Origin: Centroscyllium fabricii
Taxonomy: Eukaryota
Direction: 5' to 3'
Assembly (NCBI GenBank): GCA_051313645.2
Contig: JBNRSN020000017.1
Location: forward strand, 87,668,001 to 87,732,000
DNA length: 64,000 bases
The notes under the pieces were generated by a model. The model saw only the letters and a program-made list of their open reading frames with translations, was not told the DNA's origin and did no database searches. Of the stretch, positions 59,802 to 64,000 are shown piece by piece (positions within the stretch are counted from its first letter, which is position 1; every line of letters starts with the position of its first letter). Position numbers and translations under genes: made by a program.

Positions 59802-62800
59802 CTATGTGTGCCGTTGGGGTGGCCGGATGATGCGGCCGGACCGTGTTGTCTGTTGCTCCTGGTTCTGCGGTGGAGTGTGGGCAGGTTTTGTTGCGGGAGG
59901 GCGACCGCGTCGTGGTGGTTGTGCGGGGACCGTTGTCTCACCCGCTATAAAGTGTGCCGGCTTGAGCCGGTCTTTTGTCACAGTGTCAGTCCTGTTGCCC
60001 ATTTGTAATTCAAAAGCTTTAGCTCCCGCCCGAAGCACTCTGTAGGGGCCATCGTATGGTGGCTGTAGTGGAGATCGGTGTCCGTCGCGCCGGACGAACA
60101 CAAATTTAGCGTTTTTAATGCCGTCCGGCACCCGAGCTGCCGTCTCTCCGTGCCGGGCCACTGGTAGTGGCTGGAAAGCTCGTGCCGGGTTGGCGAAGTC
60201 TTTTAAATACTGGTCGGCTGACCAGGGAGCGTTGGGCTCAGCCAGGAACTCGCCCGGCACCGTTAAAGTTTGGCCGTAGACGAGCTCTGCTGCCGAGGCG
60301 TTTAGGTCTTCCTTGACTGCCGAGCGCAGCCCAAGGAGAACCCATGGAAGGCGGTCGGTCCACGACACGTCCTTGAGCGTGGCTCGTAGCGATGCCTTAA
60401 TTGAGCAGTGGAACCATTCGCATAGCCCGTTCGCTTGTGGGTGGTATGCGGTGGTTCGATGTAGTGTCACCCCAAGGTCGCGGGCGATGGCCGCCCATAA
60501 TGCCGACGTAAACTGGGGTCATCTGTCGGAGGTGATGTCTGTGGGCACGCCGAAGCGGGCGACCCAGGTGGCGATGAACGCCCTGGCCAAGTCCGTGGTG
60601 CCGGTGGCGGTGAGGGGGACTGCTTCTGGCCAGCGAGTGTTGCGGTCGACCATGGTCATTAGGTGCGTGTGGCCCCGGGATGGCGGTAGTGGCCCGACGA
60701 GATCGATATGGACGTGGTCAAAGCATCTGGCCGGCACTTTAAAAGTCTCCAGCGGTGCCCTGATGTGCTTATGCACTTTGGAGCGCTGGCAGGCTATGCA
60801 GGAGCTGGCCCAGGCGCGGACGTCCTTGCGCAGGCCGCGCCATACGAACCGGGCCGAGATTAATTTGATGGACGCGCGGGCGCCGGGGTGGGACAGGTCA
60901 TGGAGGGTCCTAAATATGTGTTGCCTCCAAGCGTGGGGTACGACTGGCCTGGGCTGCTGTAGGGATACGTCGCAGCAGACGACGGTGGCAGCGGGGCCGT
61001 GCGCGATATTGGCCAAGTGGAGGCTGGGGAGATTAGCTGCTGCGTTGAGCAGGTCGGGGTTGGCCAGCTGGTCCACGGCCAGCTGGGCGTAATCGACCGG
61101 CAATTGGGCGGCGTTAATGGTGGGGCGTGAAAGGCAGTCAGCGACCACGTTGTCGCGGCCGGAAATGTGCTGGATGTCAGTAGTAAATTCTGACTCGGCC
61201 GCGAGTTGCCGCTGCTGCCTGGCCGACCAGGGTTTGGCGACCTTAGCCATCGCAAACGTGAGTGGCTTATGGTTGCTGAAGGCTGTGAAGTGGCGGCCCT
61301 CCAAGAGGAAACAAAAGTGTCGCACTGCCAGATGGAGAGCGAGTAGCTCCCTATCGAAGGCGCTGTATTTAACCACTGGGGGCCGGAGTTGCCGGCTGAA
61401 AAAGGCCAGGGGCTGCCACGAGTTGCCGGTCCACTGCTCAAATACGGCCCCGACCGCATGGTCAGAGGCGTCGGTGGTGAGGGCTACTCTGGCGTTGGGC
61501 CTAGGGTGGGCTAGGAGGGTGGCGTTTGCCAGGGCGGTTTTAGTTGCGGTGAAGGCGGTGGTGGCGTCGGCCGTCCACTCGACCGCAGCCTTGTTGGACT
61601 GCCCGCGGGTGGCCTGGTATAAGGGGGCCATGAGAGCGGCTGCTCCCGGGATAAAGCGGTTATAAAAATTAACCATGCCTAAGAATTCCTGCAGCTCTTT
61701 AATGGAGTGCGGGCGGGATAATTCCTGTACCGCCTGCACCTTGGAGGGCAGGGGTATGGCCCCTGTTTGGGAAATGCGGTGGACGAGGAAGTCAATAGTC
61801 TCGAGGCCGAATTTGCACTTGGTGGGGCTTAAGATAAGGCCGTGTTCGGCCAGGCGCTGGAACAGGGTCCTGAGGTGCAGGAGGTGTTCCTGGGGGGAGG
61901 TGCTGGCCACGAGGATGTCGTCTAAATAGACGAAAATGAACTTCAAGTCCCGTAGGACTGAGTCCATGAGGCGCTGGAAGGCCTGGGCCGCGTTTTTAAG
62001 GCCGAAGGGCATCCTGAGGAACTCGAAGAGCCCGAAGGGGGTAATAACGGCCGTTTTAGGAATGTCCGCCGGGTGTACCGGCACCTGGTGGTAGCCACGC
62101 ACCAGGTCGATCTTGGAAAAGATCGTACAGCCCGCTAATCTGGCGGAAAAATCCTGGATGTGGGGTACGGGGTACCTATCCGGGGTGGTGGCGTGGTTTA
62201 GGCGGCGGTAGTCGCCGCAGGGGCGCCAACCTCCGTCGGGCTTGGGGGCTATGTGGAGAGGAGAGGCCCAGGGGCTGTTGGAGCGGCGGATTATACCGAG
62301 TTGCTCCATGGTGCGGAACTCGGTGCGCGCTATCTCCTGCTTGGCCGGGTCGAGCCTACGGACGTGGGCATGGACGGGAGGGCCTGTGGTCGTTATAAAA
62401 TGCTCCACCCCGTGTTTGGCCTGTCGGGCGGTGAATGTGGGATTGGTTAGGGCGGGGAACTCCGCAAGGAGTGTGCCGTAGGCATCGGAGTCCCGGGAGC
62501 GGCATTGGGCTGCCGCGTGGGCCAGGAGTGCGGGCCCTGTGGAGCATGGGATGGTCATCATGGTATTCATGTTGACCAAGCGGCGCCGGGTTACGTCGAC
62601 CAGTAGGCCGTAGGCGCAGAGGAAATCTGCCCCGAGGAGGGGCGATGTGACCTGGGCTGTAACGAAATCCCAGGTGTACGTGTGGCTTGCAAGGGTAATT
62701 TTAAGCTTGCGGGTGCCGTATGTTTTTATACTGGAGCCGTTGGCCGCTGCTAGTGGCGGGCCCCGGGTGCCTTGTTTGGTTTCTGCAGGGGAGGCTGGCA

Positions 62801-63626
62801 CGATGCTGTGCTGCGCGCCTGTGTCGGAGAGGAACCTGAGGCCTGTGCCGCTGTCTGTAGCAAAGAGCAGTGCTGCTGTGTGGCCTACAGACATGGTGGG
62901 GGCTGAGTTGGGCCGTGGCTTGAACACGCATGGCTGGACGCAGCGGTGCGCTTTGTTGTCGAACCGCGTGTGGTAGCACCAGCCGGTGCTAGAGGGACGC
63001 GGTTGCCTAGGTGGGCGCGGGGCCCTAGGTTCAGGCGTAAAGTTATGCCTGGGGGGTGATTGGCTGCGCTCTACCGATGCGGAGTTAGGGTCGCACGTGG
63101 TTGAGCGGGTGCGCTGCGCCTCCATGAGCCTGTCGGCTTCCTCTCTGAGCTCGTCATCGCTCCGTTGGCCAAGGGCCGCCATGGCTGGTCTGATGGCGCG
63201 GGGCAGTTTAAGAAGGAAGACGGTGCGGAAGAGGGAGGCAGGGTTGGGTGTGAGCGCTTGCATCTGACCTAAGAGGTCCGATGGGTCTGCGTCCCCAAGT
63301 TCAGGGAGGTCGAGGAGCTGGCAGTCGCGCTCAAATTGAGAGGGGGTAAAAAAAATTATAAGCGCGGCCTTGAGGGATTCATACCTGCCTGCGGTGGGCA
63401 CACGCTGTATTTTTGACCACATCCGATCGATCGTCGACTGCGGTAGGGCTGAGAAGACCAGGTCGTATCGGTCGTCCCCCTGGATGCCATGTGTGCGGCA
63501 GCTGGTCTCGATGCACATAAACCAGGCCGCTGGCCGTTGCTCCCAGAACTCGGGTAGAGTTAGTCCACGTCCGACGTTCTGGCCAAGTCCTTGCGTTCAT
63601 GGAGCTTGGTTCCTTGTGTTTACCAT
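59802..63626 (-). pseudogene. Gag-Pol polyprotein frame with two in-frame TGA stops
   Basis: ATG at 63626; [13 protein letters not shown]; CYHTRF...C...C; SDTGA; YLDD; TDAS; HHCC; D-D-E region; stops at 63597-63599 and 60519-60521; no frameshift. Confidence 0.92.
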
Positions 63627-63702
63627 GTTTTCTATTTAAAAGTTCTTTGGCTGGTGGTCCCAGATCCTGCGGCAGCTTTTCTTCTTTGGAAGTCGTTCCA
63701 AT

Positions 63703-63714
63703 TCGGGGTCACCA
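63703..63714 (-). promoter_or_regulatory. Primer binding site, tRNA-Trp
   Basis: TGGTGACCCCGA, 1 nt inside the 5' LTR; complementary to the tRNA-Trp 3' end. Confidence 0.88.
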
Positions 63715-63715
63715 C

Positions 63716-63960
63716 TGTAGCGCCGGCAGGGTCTAGGAACCACACGTGAGCCAGAGCTAGAGAAAACACAGCTTTAATATACTAGACAAAACAAGAAAGA
63801 GAGTGAACCACTCGCAACAAGCGTATTTAAACAGTCCCGCGGTTGGTGACGTCATCGCGTCGGCCAACGTGGTGACGTCGTCGCGTCACCCGGATGAGCG
63901 GGGCTTTGCTCCGCGGAGTTCCCGTGGCGGATTCGATGTCCCAGTGGGCGTGCCGCCACA
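63716..63960 (-). repeat. 5' LTR
   Basis: Direct repeat of 59515-59759; ATTAAA and TTTAAATA signals on the minus strand. Confidence 0.95.
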
Positions 63961-64000
63961 ATAGACAGTTTCCTAACTGATAAGGGGTTACGGGGAGCAG

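Larger units (their letters stand above)
59515..63960 (-). mobile_element. Full-length Ty3/Gypsy LTR retrotransposon, CsRn1-like
   Basis: Two 245-bp TG...CA LTRs; 4-bp TSD ATAG; tRNA-Trp PBS; single gag-pol frame with CHCC-like motif and PR-RT-RH-IN order. Confidence 0.96.

Noticed and set aside
60519-60521. Programmed stop read-through
   Set aside because: Falls in the conserved integrase SDRGxQF motif; a GGA to TGA point mutation is simpler
60313-62547. Antisense and alternate-frame ORFs within the Gypsy pol
   Set aside because: Expected shadows of GC-rich coding sequence

Overview
This is eukaryotic, repeat-dominated DNA that looks intergenic or intronic. It most likely comes from a shark or other elasmobranch, inferred from HE1-like V-SINEs, CR1, L2, Rex1/Babar and Penelope elements. 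I could not identify any host protein-coding exon; nearly all long ORFs are transposon-derived or spurious. Main contents: (i) a degenerate Mag-like Gypsy element (7980-11728) inserted into a palindromic minisatellite; (ii) a nearly intact CsRn1-like Gypsy element on the minus strand (59515-63960) with LTRs differing at 3 of 245 sites, a tRNA-Trp PBS and only two in-frame stops; (iii) four solo LTRs with TSDs; (iv) Penelope-like elements with inverted pseudo-LTRs carrying minimal hammerhead ribozymes; (v) several MITE families (Tigger/pogo-like and PIF/Harbinger-like) and Harbinger transposase/Myb remnants; (vi) many nested SINE/LINE fragments. The most unusual signal is in the Mag-like element. 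It has no tRNA PBS; at that position it carries a perfect 13-nt complement of its own LTR poly(A)-signal region, suggesting self-priming and/or poly(A) occlusion. Its Gag also carries a tandem array with four PPxY motifs. Family names come from motif recognition, not database searches.
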